Positions 48,963 through 58,970 of a stretch of 64,000 nucleotides of DNA are shown piece by piece (the first letter of the stretch is position 1; each line of letters starts with the position of its first letter). The notes beneath the pieces were generated by a model that had not been told where the DNA came from, did no database searches, and worked only from the letters and a program-made list of their open reading frames with translations. The stretch is taken from positions 1 through 64,000 of the forward strand of contig JBIOZG010000015.1 in the NCBI GenBank assembly GCA_044870765.1, given 5' to 3'. The position numbers and the translations under genes were made by a program. The stretch comes from Nitrososphaeraceae archaeon. GTDB taxonomy: Archaea; Thermoproteota; Nitrososphaeria; Nitrososphaerales; Nitrososphaeraceae.

Positions 48963-49809
48963 TCTCTCTCACAATAGATGCCTTCTGGTTGTTTGAATTC
49001 GAAACAATGACCCTGCCATCAAAATCAGATAATATTGATCTTATTTTTTGCGCCTGATCTACATGCACTATCGCTGCAATCGCAGGACCGTTCCCAGATA
49101 TGCTGGCTGCCAGGGCACCGTTCTCTAAACAAGTTCTCGTGATATTGTAACTATTTGATAGTAAGCATGATGTTAAGACCCCGTTTAACGTCATGGCCTT
49201 CCAATATTGTCCTGAGTTAGCAAAGTGAAACGCCTCCAGATAAATATCTGAGAGTACTCTAAGTCTACTAATATCTCCTCTTTTTTTATTATTTGGCAGA
49301 TAAATTACTGCACATATATCCGTGGGTGAATTTTCTCTTTTACATATTTTTCGCTTATAGTTATCTGTAGTAACGAAGCCACCATAATAACACGCAGTAG
49401 AATCGTCATATGCACCGGTTATTGTCGTTTTGGCATAAAACGATGCATTAATAGCCGTATTCAGAATATTTTCGTCATCCATATCCTTATTCAGAAGTGA
49501 TTTACATGCAAGAGCAACGGCATTTGATACTGCACTTGAACTCTTCAAACCCATGCCTGATGGTATCTCGGAATTTATATTAATTAATAATTGATTATTG
49601 TTTAGATATTTTGATGGGATAATGTCGTAAATTATTTTTTTTATCATGGCACTACCTCCTCCCTTTTGAAAGATTATCCCGGATCCTTTCTTTGAATCTA
49701 TTTCAACTTTTACCGTAAGGGAAATCCCCATTGCAGAGCCAAAACCTGTTGCAATGGCATTTACAATTGACACAGCACCATGAACTATTGACGTTACCTT
49801 TGCGGTCAC
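48955..49809 (-). CDS. aroK: archaeal shikimate kinase (GHMP family)
   Basis: SIVNAIATG, PSGMGLKSSSA, TGAYDD and SGNGPA. Confidence 0.93.
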   Translation of the reverse strand: MTAKVTSIVHGAVSIVNAIATGFGSAMGISLTVKVEIDSKKGSGIIFQKGGGSAMIKKIIYDIIPSKYLNNNQLLININSEIPSGMGLKSSSAVSNAVALACKSLLNKDMDDENILNTAINASFYAKTTITGAYDDSTACYYGGFVTTDNYKRKICKRENSPTDICAVIYLPNNKKRGDISRLRVLSDIYLEAFHFANSGQYWKAMTLNGVLTSCLLSNSYNITRTCLENGALAASISGNGPAIAAIVHVDQAQKIRSILSDFDGRVIVSNSNNQKASIVREIG

Positions 49810-50651
49810 GCAGGCTCACCAAATTTTCCTAATAGCACTTTTTTCATAGGTTCAATGGGTGGATCACGTTGAAACCATATCTTGAATGATGCAACGGCCT
49901 GTTCTAGCAACATTTCATAACCGTAAACCACTTTGGCGCCAGCCGTCCTTGCGTTTTCTAACAAGCTTGTATTAATAGGCTTATACACAATGTCATATAC
50001 AATTGCATCCTTTCTTATGCTGCTGGACTTAATCAAACTCTGTTCACCCTTCATACCAAGTGGAGTCGTATTTATAATAAGATTGGATTTTGAAGCAATA
50101 TTCTGAATATTATCCGAGGAAACAATAGATGTCTTTAATCCCAATTTTTTTAACATATTAGCCAATTCTTTAGATCGATCATTGTTCCTATTGAAAATAT
50201 TGATGTTTGCAATCCCTTTTTCACTTGCCAATGCAACAGCTACCGCTCTCGCTGCCCCTCCTGCTCCCAAGATAGTTACCTCAAAACCATTAAAGTCGAT
50301 CCCCCGTTGACGTAACGGCTTAATGAATCCTAATACGTCCGTGTTATATGCACAAAATTTCCCGTCTTCATTATTAACTGTATTTGCCGCTCCTACCAAC
50401 TCTACAGTTTTATCATACTGGTCAACATATTCTAAAACCCTAACCTTGTGCGGCATGGTCACATTGAACCCACAAATATTTATAGCACGTAGGGAATCGA
50501 GAGAATTTTTTAATTGTCCCTCTTGTACCCTGAAGGCGATGTAACTGCAATTTAGCCCAAGAGAACTAAACGCAGCATTATGAATTGCAGGGGATAATGA
50601 ATGGTCTATAGGATCACCGATTATACAATACGTTCTAAAAGCAAGGCTCAT
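49806..50651 (-). CDS. aroE: shikimate dehydrogenase
   Basis: HSLSP, NVTMPHK, NTD, GAGGAARA, NTTPLGM and YDIVYKP. Confidence 0.97.
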   Translation of the reverse strand: MSLAFRTYCIIGDPIDHSLSPAIHNAAFSSLGLNCSYIAFRVQEGQLKNSLDSLRAINICGFNVTMPHKVRVLEYVDQYDKTVELVGAANTVNNEDGKFCAYNTDVLGFIKPLRQRGIDFNGFEVTILGAGGAARAVAVALASEKGIANINIFNRNNDRSKELANMLKKLGLKTSIVSSDNIQNIASKSNLIINTTPLGMKGEQSLIKSSSIRKDAIVYDIVYKPINTSLLENARTAGAKVVYGYEMLLEQAVASFKIWFQRDPPIEPMKKVLLGKFGEPA

Positions 50652-51358
50652 TTATTTTTCAGTTTGTTTCCAACTCCATCGTATATTTTTTTCGTTAGGT
50701 CAATGTCAAGTTGGCCTGGAGCCATTGGATTATCCAGAGAAGCATAGGTAAAAGGCGCACCTCCATATAATGTACAAAATAGTCTCGATAAAACCCCGAG
50801 ATCTCCCATTGCAAACGCGATTAGATTTGTATCAATATTATTGTCGTATAGTGAAAGAATATTAAGATTGTCCATAATGGATCTCGCAGTAGTAACCAAT
50901 TTGACATAATTACTATATTTTCTCATATCTCTAAATTTTTCTAAAAGCGACGCTGCGTCTGGAGTTTTTCTAAAATCATGAGATGATACAAGTATTGGGA
51001 CTTTCTTATATTTTAAGAATCTTCTAAACTCGCTGTCTTTTTTTAGAATTGAGAATTCTATGTCAAGTAACATTGGCTTGGCTCTGGCCATTTTCTTTAG
51101 TAGCGACACTTGTTCTTTACGAGTTCCATCAAAAAATCCACCCTCTTTTTTCGATCTTAATGTAAAAATTGCTCTATTTTTTATTTCACTGGAAATCAAT
51201 AAGGCACTGTCAATATCTTTGTATATCATATGATCAAATCTGATTTCAACATAATTAGCTTCTTTCTTGGTGGCCTTTGAAAATAAAGATGGTAATTTGT
51301 CTACAGAATCTGCTGCCAGTGTAACACAAACTTTGAACTTATTTCTAAACAAATCCAT
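50648..51358 (-). CDS. aroD: type I 3-dehydroquinate dehydratase
   Basis: EIRFD, TLRSKKEGG, SSHDF..TP, AMG..G..SR and APGQ. Confidence 0.93.
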   Translation of the reverse strand: MDLFRNKFKVCVTLAADSVDKLPSLFSKATKKEANYVEIRFDHMIYKDIDSALLISSEIKNRAIFTLRSKKEGGFFDGTRKEQVSLLKKMARAKPMLLDIEFSILKKDSEFRRFLKYKKVPILVSSHDFRKTPDAASLLEKFRDMRKYSNYVKLVTTARSIMDNLNILSLYDNNIDTNLIAFAMGDLGVLSRLFCTLYGGAPFTYASLDNPMAPGQLDIDLTKKIYDGVGNKLKNK

Positions 51359-51371
51359 CAGTCTTTCGGAG

Positions 51372-52103
51372 CTAATACTTTAGTAAGTTTGCGCTGTACA
51401 ATTCCGCGCCAATTCCGTATCCTAATAGGGCTATACCAGTTCCTAAACCAGACATTTCTATTCCTCCTTTGACCCAATTTTTCTTTGCCAGCTTCGCCTT
51501 TTTTGCACCTATTAGAAAAGAGGAAGTGAGACTAATTGCAATAGCTATCCATAATGAAAATTGAATAGGAATAAAACCAGTTCTAGATAACAGATATGGT
51601 AATATCGGTAAAACTCCGCCTATTATGAAAGAAACAAACATGATAAAAGCTCCTTTGATGGGGTTTCCGACAATATCTAAGTTTAATTCTAATTCTTCAG
51701 TTAACATTGTTTTGAGCCAAACTTTCTTATTTGAAGTAATTTTATCTGTGACTTGCTTTACCAAAACTTCATCAAACTCTTTTGCACGATAAATTTCTTC
51801 AATTTCCAATCGTTCTTTTTCAGGATATGCTTCAATCTCAAATTCCTCTCTTTTTATTTCCGATTCTAAAATTTCTCTTTGGGATTTTACGGCCAGATAA
51901 TTTTGTACAGCCATTGCCTTTGCACCTGTGAACATCCCGACGAGAGACGCTAATATTATAAAGTCAGCCGAACTGTTTGCCCCTCCGACGCCAGCAACGA
52001 TACCAAGTGAGGTGTTTATTCCATCACCAAATCCAAATACAAAGTCTCTGATATGATTGGACTCTTTTATGTGTGGTTCAAGATGTCCAGAGTTATTCAA
52101 CAT
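51372..52103 (-). CDS. VIT1/CCC1 family Fe/Mn transporter
   Basis: RDFVFGFGDGI, AMAVQNYLAVKSQ and SFIIGGVLPILPY. Confidence 0.9.
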   Translation of the reverse strand: MLNNSGHLEPHIKESNHIRDFVFGFGDGINTSLGIVAGVGGANSSADFIILASLVGMFTGAKAMAVQNYLAVKSQREILESEIKREEFEIEAYPEKERLEIEEIYRAKEFDEVLVKQVTDKITSNKKVWLKTMLTEELELNLDIVGNPIKGAFIMFVSFIIGGVLPILPYLLSRTGFIPIQFSLWIAIAISLTSSFLIGAKKAKLAKKNWVKGGIEMSGLGTGIALLGYGIGAELYSANLLKY

Positions 52104-52211
52104 AGATTATTCAATTGTTGGGTAATTTAACAATAACATAAAGAAGCAAGTTCGTTGTTACAAAAAATCCCATTTTTGTGTCATGTGCACAAACAATCCT
52201 AATAGAGTGTA

Positions 52212-52373
52212 TCCCGCGGGCAGGATTTACTCCAGAAAAGCATCAAGACTAATCTGTTTGAGCCTGCGACTCTTCGGTCGCTGCAAATGTTAGCCTGATA
52301 GGCTGTTTCACGAGTTTAGCAATATTTGCCGACTACTACAGCCGAAAGCTCTACCAGGCTGAGCTACCGCGGG
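52212..52373 (-). tRNA. tRNA-Tyr(GTA) with two introns: 57 nt at 37/38 (52279-52335) and 31 nt in the T-loop at 58/59 (52227-52257)
   Basis: CCCGCGG TA GCTC AGCCTGGTA GAGC T TTCGG CT GTA G[i1]A CCGAA GAGTC GCAGG CTCAA[i2]AT CCTGC CCGCGGG A; 74 nt after splicing. Confidence 0.92.
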
Positions 52374-52396
52374 ACATTTTTGGTAATGAATTCTGG

Positions 52397-52405
52397 TTAT
52401 ATAAA
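52397..52405 (-). promoter_or_regulatory. TATA box of tRNA-Tyr
   Basis: TTTATATAA on the minus strand, 24-32 nt upstream of the tRNA 5' end. Confidence 0.6.
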
Positions 52406-52545
52406 ATAATTGAATGTTATAACACGAATAGGCCAAGAATTTATCTATCTATTGCCGACAAGTGCCCATAATGGTTATGTCTATTGTTCCTGTTTAGCCA
52501 ATATAGTCAAAATGATTATTTATGTGAAAAATCATACTGGCCATT

Positions 52546-52848
52546 ATGAAAGATTACGATCATCAGATAATATGGTTAGATTATTTTAACAAGAATTTGT
52601 CACGAAAAAAGGGTCGAAAAGTAGGCAAAAATATGTCTGTATATGATCCTACAATGCAGGAGCTTATTGCTGCATCAAAAACTCTGGAATTGGACTTCTC
52701 GGAAGAAGAGACTAATAATCAAGCTCGGTACCCACGAAGAGCTTTTGTAAAATCAGGATATATTATGATTTCAAAAAAAGAGAAGAAATCGGCCATAATT
52801 ATTCAAATTGCAAAAATGATGATTGAGATAAGACAACAGAAGCATTGA
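52546..52848 (+). CDS. srp19: signal recognition particle protein SRP19
   Basis: IIWLDYF...SRKKGRKV..DPT..EL, YPR and SGYI. Confidence 0.9.
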   Translation: MKDYDHQIIWLDYFNKNLSRKKGRKVGKNMSVYDPTMQELIAASKTLELDFSEEETNNQARYPRRAFVKSGYIMISKKEKKSAIIIQIAKMMIEIRQQKH

Positions 52849-52990
52849 AGGTTCCTGCATTTTCAAGTTTGCCTTTTCAACAAATCTTCCTACTGCAATC
52901 CCAATCACCAATGATAATTTATTTATCTTGAAACTAACTTTTATTGACAGATTAAAATGATAATGAGTGTGTGTTAGGTTTTATTACACA

Positions 52991-53284
52991 TTGGAAAAAA
53001 TAGGTGAAATTCTCCACTTGGCCAAGAGTGGAAGACTGATAGTCAAAGTTGATGAACAAGTTAGTCATAAATTGATTGGTCAGGCGTTGATGGATGATAA
53101 AGGTACTAAAATTGGAAAAATTATTGAATTAATAGGATCTGTCAAATCGCCCTATGCGTCTGTAATCACTACAGTTGATTCAAAGTATTCTGTTGGTGGA
53201 AAAGTATTCACATCGGATGCGCACAATCAACAATATAATTCATCAAGAAAAAGAGGCAGAATGAAAAGGAGGAGAAGGACATGA
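52991..53284 (+). CDS. gar1: H/ACA RNP component Gar1/Naf1
   Basis: IGEILH..SG.LIV, IGKIIELIGSVKSPYA and a basic tail; upstream of tfb as in many archaea. Confidence 0.85.
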   Translation: MEKIGEILHLAKSGRLIVKVDEQVSHKLIGQALMDDKGTKIGKIIELIGSVKSPYASVITTVDSKYSVGGKVFTSDAHNQQYNSSRKRGRMKRRRRT

Positions 53285-54351
53285 CGTCTGTTGAATATTG
53301 TTCTCAGTGTCCCGAGGGTCAATCGAAAATTATTCTTGATTATGGTAAGGGTGAATATGTGTGCAACAAATGTGGTTGCGTTGTTATGGAACAGGTAGAC
53401 TATTATGGTCCAGAAAATAACTCCACTGATTTTGAAGAAAGAAATAAGAGCACTAGAGCTAGTGGCTCGACTAGTTTATCACTCCATGATTTCGGTTTAA
53501 GGACCGAGATAGGAAATACCTCGAGAGACTATAGCGGGCGGGCAATAGACTACCAAAATGTTGAACTCATGAATAGATCTAGAAGATGGCACAGTAGATT
53601 GAGAGTTAATTCCTCAAAGGAAAGAAGATTATCGAATGTACTTTCAAAGATCAATGAGGTGTGCTCTGTTCTCTGTCTTAGAAAAACAATTAATGAGACC
53701 GCCTCTATGATTTATCGTAATTTTGAAAATAATAGTAAGGCCAAGGGAAAGTCTATAACATGTATAGCATCAGCCACTATCTATTTGGCTTGCAAGAGAT
53801 GTGGTGTTGTTAGATCTATAGAAGAAATTGTTCAGGCAGCAGGCATATCAGAATTTGACAAGTCTAGTGTAAAATTGGCTTCAAGATATTACAGGTCTAT
53901 GGTTATGGAAATGAACAAGATTGGCGAAATGAAAATTAAAGAAAATTCTCATTCAATAACGAGCAATTCAGAAAACTCACATTTGGAGTTGGAGGGTAAA
54001 TCGAAGACCATGTCATCTTCATTCTCAATGTCACCATCGAGTCCTTCGTCCTTTGCAATAGACAACTATATTTCGAAACTTGCTAATATCGCAAAAATAG
54101 ATACAAAAATTGAGAGACTGGCATTGGAAATTGCTCAAAAAACAAACAATAATTTCTTTTCCGATGGAAAAGCACCCAATGGATTGGCCGCCGCATATAT
54201 TTACCTTGCATCAGTACTTTTGGGAGTAAACCTGCTTCAGATTGACGTATCCAATTTTGCTGGTGTTACTGAAGTTACTATCAGAAATAGATGCAAAGAT
54301 ATTCTAAATAATTTCAAACTAGTAGTTAATGCAAAACCAGCAAGCTACTAA
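53281..54351 (+). CDS. tfb: transcription initiation factor IIB paralogue
   Basis: Zn ribbon (..CP...GEYVCNKCG), LHDFGLRTEI, two cyclin repeats, GKAPNGLAAAYIY and VTEVTIRNR. Confidence 0.95.
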   Translation: MTSVEYCSQCPEGQSKIILDYGKGEYVCNKCGCVVMEQVDYYGPENNSTDFEERNKSTRASGSTSLSLHDFGLRTEIGNTSRDYSGRAIDYQNVELMNRSRRWHSRLRVNSSKERRLSNVLSKINEVCSVLCLRKTINETASMIYRNFENNSKAKGKSITCIASATIYLACKRCGVVRSIEEIVQAAGISEFDKSSVKLASRYYRSMVMEMNKIGEMKIKENSHSITSNSENSHLELEGKSKTMSSSFSMSPSSPSSFAIDNYISKLANIAKIDTKIERLALEIAQKTNNNFFSDGKAPNGLAAAYIYLASVLLGVNLLQIDVSNFAGVTEVTIRNRCKDILNNFKLVVNAKPASY

Positions 54352-54376
54352 ATCCAAAAACTTTAGGATTAAACTT

Positions 54377-56137
54377 TCACTTTAGTTTTATGTTCCTTTG
54401 CTTTTTGTACATTTGGATTAGTTCAGATTCGTCTGTTATATCTCGCGGACTTTTGTCAAGCCGGATTTTTTTGGTAAATTTCGGAAATCTTAATGACAAT
54501 CCAAAACCTTTCCTAATCGAATCCATGCCCGCATCATATTCGGGACTTAATGTTATTTCCGAGGCAATTATTTCTATTACTATTGTCGGTGTGAACCAAG
54601 TATCCATCTCCAGTTTCGAGTAAACGTGCGGATGTCTCTTAGGTATTATGTGTTTTCCCAATTCCCTAAATAATTCTTCTAAGACTTCATCTGTAAAACC
54701 ACTCCCTACCTTACATACGCTTTTGAAAACGTTCTCTTTCTTATCGTATATTGCGAGCAATAGAGCACCATATTTCCCTACCCTTCTACCCTTTCCATAT
54801 GCCCCGCCAACTACAACCAGGTCCAGACTATCGACTAATTCACTTCTATATTCTCTTTTGATTTTTATCCAGGCGAAGCCTCTTGCCCCAGCTCTATAAG
54901 GACTGCTAGTCTGTTTTACCACCAAACCCTCACAGCCGTGTTCTATAGATTTAGCCATAAATTTTTCAAGCTCCTCTGTATTAGTTACAATCTTCTGTGG
55001 TATGAGAGTTATTTTTTGATCTACTGATTTAGTAATGACGTCTTTCAGTAGGTTCCTCCGGTCTTGATAGGGAAGATTGGTTTTATCCTTGGCTGTAGCC
55101 CAGAGAATATCAAACACATTAACAGAAACGGGGTATTGTTCTACATTCTTGGCTATATCATATTTGCGCCGCCTGTGCATAAGCTCTTGAAAAGGAAGAT
55201 ACTCTTCAGTATACTTATTGATTGCAACCACTTCGGCCTCAATAATAAAGCTTTTCAAGCCAATAGTTTTAGAGGCCTCTGCTACATCGGGATAATAGTG
55301 GCTTATGTTTTCCAAGCTCCTTGAAAATATTTGAACCTTCTTATCCTTTCTATGAATTTGTACTCTTTCGCCATCGAGTTTGAATTCAACAGCTCCTCTT
55401 CCAGAGACCTTTTCCAGGGCCTCTTTAGTAGTTTGAACTCTTTCTGCAAGCATTGGTCTTATCGGTATAAATAATTCTATCTTAATTGCAGTAACAGCCT
55501 TTATTCCATCATTTGCCAATATCTTTGAAACTCTTCCCAAATCACTTGAGACATTATAGGCATTTTCTAAAATTTTCCTATTTTTTTTATCAGATGTATA
55601 AGCTAGTGCCAGGGCATCCATAATGGTAATATCGGCTATTCCAAGTCTTAATGTTCCAAGCGCGAATCTAATAATATACTTGCATTCTTTAGGAGAAGCA
55701 TCATTAAAAAGACTTATAAACAATCTCAATTTTATTTCCTGTGAGCCTTTGCCAGTTATCTTGGATATTTTATCGAAAATTAGATAGATCCGTTCTATAG
55801 TAACCTTCTCATTAAAAAGTGTCGTCTGGACTTTATTCTTCATTATCTCTTCTGCAACGCTTCCCAGATCTCCTATTTTATTATATTTTTGATATACCTT
55901 GTCTACTGAAATATTTGATATTTGTGAAATCATACGAATAATCATTTTTTCCGCTATTCCCATTTCAATCCCTTCGTAATCTGGTCTGATTTTCCCCTGA
56001 ATAAGATAGATTATTTTATCGATGAGATCAGATGAATTATTTTTGAAAAGTGTAACTAAATAGTCAGTAAGTTCTAGTCTACTTTTTGTCTTTTCCATTT
56101 CTTCCAAAATTTCAACGATACTGGAAAAATCCAACAT
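54377..56137 (-). CDS. lig: ATP-dependent DNA ligase
   Basis: EFKLDGER (adenylated Lys), EGLVVK, WIKIKREY and SLRFPKF. Confidence 0.97.
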   Translation of the reverse strand: MLDFSSIVEILEEMEKTKSRLELTDYLVTLFKNNSSDLIDKIIYLIQGKIRPDYEGIEMGIAEKMIIRMISQISNISVDKVYQKYNKIGDLGSVAEEIMKNKVQTTLFNEKVTIERIYLIFDKISKITGKGSQEIKLRLFISLFNDASPKECKYIIRFALGTLRLGIADITIMDALALAYTSDKKNRKILENAYNVSSDLGRVSKILANDGIKAVTAIKIELFIPIRPMLAERVQTTKEALEKVSGRGAVEFKLDGERVQIHRKDKKVQIFSRSLENISHYYPDVAEASKTIGLKSFIIEAEVVAINKYTEEYLPFQELMHRRRKYDIAKNVEQYPVSVNVFDILWATAKDKTNLPYQDRRNLLKDVITKSVDQKITLIPQKIVTNTEELEKFMAKSIEHGCEGLVVKQTSSPYRAGARGFAWIKIKREYRSELVDSLDLVVVGGAYGKGRRVGKYGALLLAIYDKKENVFKSVCKVGSGFTDEVLEELFRELGKHIIPKRHPHVYSKLEMDTWFTPTIVIEIIASEITLSPEYDAGMDSIRKGFGLSLRFPKFTKKIRLDKSPRDITDESELIQMYKKQRNIKLK

Positions 56138-56283
56138 TATTTGTTATTGGAGGATGTTTTAAAATATTTTATTTATCCTTAATTTCAAAATTCCTGATGA
56201 TTTGATGGAAGATGCCTCTATGGCATGAAAACTGGTTATACTTATTCCATAGAATTATAAATTGGGCCGATATTGGTGTTACT

Positions 56284-56604
56284 ATGGGAGGAGCCAAGAA
56301 AAAATCTATAGGAAGTCAGGAAAAGACATCCAAGGACTCTCCAGCTGCTGATGAGAAAGGAAAGAAGGGTCCAATTAAAAAGCAAAAATCGTCAATAGTC
56401 ATAGAAGAACCTCAAGGATTAAAGACTATAAAAAGTATGAAACCAATTACATCTCATGCTTTAGCAAGGTCAATGGGCGTAAAGATTTCTGTAGCAAATT
56501 CATTTCTACGTTCTCTTGAATCTAAGGGAATTGTAAGGCCAATAGGTGGATATAGTGGACATAGAATTTATGAACTTGGCCCTACAGAGGCCATATCACA
56601 ATAA
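56284..56604 (+). CDS. rps25e: small ribosomal subunit protein eS25
   Basis: MGGAKKK N-terminus, ITSHALARSMGVKISVA..LRSLESKG winged helix and HRIY. Confidence 0.85.
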   Translation: MGGAKKKSIGSQEKTSKDSPAADEKGKKGPIKKQKSSIVIEEPQGLKTIKSMKPITSHALARSMGVKISVANSFLRSLESKGIVRPIGGYSGHRIYELGPTEAISQ

Positions 56605-56974
56605 ACATCAGTATCTGGCAGCGACGCAAGACCAAAATATTAGAACTTTAGTTTTCAGGTAGAATTAGATATTCCATTTTTCCTAGTTGAATACTGGATA
56701 GAAATTATTGTAGCAGTATACATATTTAACCTAAGTTGCTCAAGAGATTTTCAGACAAAATTCATTACCTGATAGAAGGCAGTGTTTCTTGTTCATAAAC
56801 GAAAGATCTTCAGCCTTCTACCAGTTTCCGATTATATTCATTGGTTAAAATGGAACATCATCAAAAAAAAGACTGCGCTCCAGTGATACAAACTTATGTA
56901 TCTGAAATGGTATCAAGTACATTCCATCCCAAATTTCACTCCTGCATTCACATATGCCACATTGCTTGATATAA

Positions 56975-58348
56975 TCAATCCACTATTATCCGGTCAGTGA
57001 ACTCATTTGCTATATTGGTTGTCATGGTCTTAATGATCTCTTTTTCTTCTTTAAAGTTAGCAAGACACCACATAGCTTTGACCAGTGCAGTTTCTGAAGT
57101 TGTATTAAATAAAGGAATTACCCCCAGATTCAAAAGATCCCTTCCGGTATCATAGACCGTAAGTGCAGTTCTACCCCAAATACATTGAGACGTCATAAAT
57201 ACAAAGATCCCTCTCTTTACGGCATTTTTAATTTGAGAAAAACATTCTTTGCTTACATGACCCAAACCAGTTCCTTCAATAATTATGGCTTTATGTCCGC
57301 TTTCAAGGCAATAATCAATCATCCTACAGTCAAAACCAGGATGAAATTTTAATAATGAGACCTTGTTTTCAAATTTAGGTTTAACAATCAGATTTTCAAC
57401 ATTTGTATGCCTTTCTTGAAATTTTAAATCCGCATATTGCCTTGAAATTTCAATTTGACCCTTATGGACCAATGAGAAGGGTAATACGTCAATCGAACGA
57501 AAAGCGTCTCGCCTACTTGTATGATTTTTTCTAACTCTGGTGCCTATATGACAGGCAATTATATCATCTGATACTGTATAATGCATAGCAACAAAAACAC
57601 CCGAAAATTTAGATTTAGTTGCAAAAGTACAAGCACCAATTAAATTTAAAGATGCATCAGATGAAGGCCTGTCTGACGATCTTTGGGCTCCGACCAACAC
57701 TACTGGAACTGGTAAGTTTTGAAGTGCAAAGCTCAGTGCAGCAGACGTGTAGTGCATGGTGTCCGTTCCATGTGATACAATAACCCCGTCATATTTTCCT
57801 GATGATATTTTGTCAGCCACCTTTGTTGCAATAACGGACCAATGTTCAGGTTTGATATTCTCGCTATATTCGCTCAAAACAACCTCTGGATCTATATTTG
57901 CTATCCTCTGCAGTTCTGGAATTGAATCGTTTAATTCTTTTGCGGTGAGCGCCGCCATTACTCCGCCTGTCCTATAATCAATTTTACTAGAAATAGTTCC
58001 GCCTGTACTTAACAACGATAGACGAGATGATAGTGTATTTGAAAAATCTTGAACGGGAGCTTGGCCAGGGATAAATCCACCAAATTTATAGTCAGTACGA
58101 TGATTAATGGCTGTCTCCAGTTTTTCAGTTATTTTTTTAATATTCTTAATTTTCCCTACATTGATACCAATATTATACCCGTTTTTTAATTTCAGAACCA
58201 AATGATTCTTATCTGCATATTCATACCTTGGAATCAAAATACCAAGATGCGTTGCATCGTGGGTCTCTATGATTACCGAGTCACCAAATTTTACACCTGA
58301 TGTCTTGAATAGTTCATCCAATTTACTATAATTATCATCAACGGTCAA
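56975..58348 (-). CDS. gatD: Glu-tRNA(Gln) amidotransferase subunit D
   Basis: LKLKNGYNIG N-domain, TGGTISS..DYRTG, HGTDT, GAQRSSDRPSSD and RKNHTSRRDAF. Confidence 0.95.
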   Translation of the reverse strand: MTVDDNYSKLDELFKTSGVKFGDSVIIETHDATHLGILIPRYEYADKNHLVLKLKNGYNIGINVGKIKNIKKITEKLETAINHRTDYKFGGFIPGQAPVQDFSNTLSSRLSLLSTGGTISSKIDYRTGGVMAALTAKELNDSIPELQRIANIDPEVVLSEYSENIKPEHWSVIATKVADKISSGKYDGVIVSHGTDTMHYTSAALSFALQNLPVPVVLVGAQRSSDRPSSDASLNLIGACTFATKSKFSGVFVAMHYTVSDDIIACHIGTRVRKNHTSRRDAFRSIDVLPFSLVHKGQIEISRQYADLKFQERHTNVENLIVKPKFENKVSLLKFHPGFDCRMIDYCLESGHKAIIIEGTGLGHVSKECFSQIKNAVKRGIFVFMTSQCIWGRTALTVYDTGRDLLNLGVIPLFNTTSETALVKAMWCLANFKEEKEIIKTMTTNIANEFTDRIIVD

Positions 58349-58611
58349 TATTCGTACTATTTTGTATTAAATTCATATTATTAATAAATTGTCTTGTTCT
58401 TGAATGCACAAGAATTTACACGGTAACTGCCCTGTTTAATAAATGACATGTTGGTAACATTACGATGTTAGATGGGCTTGATGTTTGCTTATACTCTTGT
58501 GATAAAAACTATCACTGTGATGTATTTATTTCAGGTAACATATTTCATTTGAATGGGTTGAACTCAACTCAGAATTGTATAAGATGAACGTCGCTAAATA
58601 TATCTATGATA

Positions 58612-58842
58612 CTAATCCATTACTATCATAGTTAATGTGGACTTTACACCATTCAATTTTCGAAGTTTCCATGTAATAGTCTCTTTCACTTTTTCCATTG
58701 TTTCTGACTCAACTTGAGCTACTATATCGTAAACTCCATAAACCTGATAAATTTCTTTGACACCATCAATACTCTTCAACTCGCTTACTATCGAATCTTC
58801 GCTACCTAATTCAGCATTCATTAGAACAAATGCCTTTGGCAT
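58612..58842 (-). CDS. stand-alone Lrp/AsnC RAM-domain protein
   Basis: AFVLMN..GSE, VYGVYDIVA and GVKSTLTMIV. Confidence 0.9.
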   Translation of the reverse strand: MPKAFVLMNAELGSEDSIVSELKSIDGVKEIYQVYGVYDIVAQVESETMEKVKETITWKLRKLNGVKSTLTMIVMD

Positions 58843-58970
58843 AACAAGATGGATGTAAATGCGATATAAAAAGATGATGTAGTTGAATCGCTATACTGAT
58901 AACTTCCAAAATAAAGATATACAAAAATTTGAGCCTTATTCTGAAAAAGTGACTTGGCGCGCCCAAAAGG

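Noticed and set aside
56212-56283. N-terminal extension of eS25 (likewise EF-2 19169-19198)
   Set aside because: Longest-ORF artefact; the family N-termini begin at MGGAKK and MPKFK.
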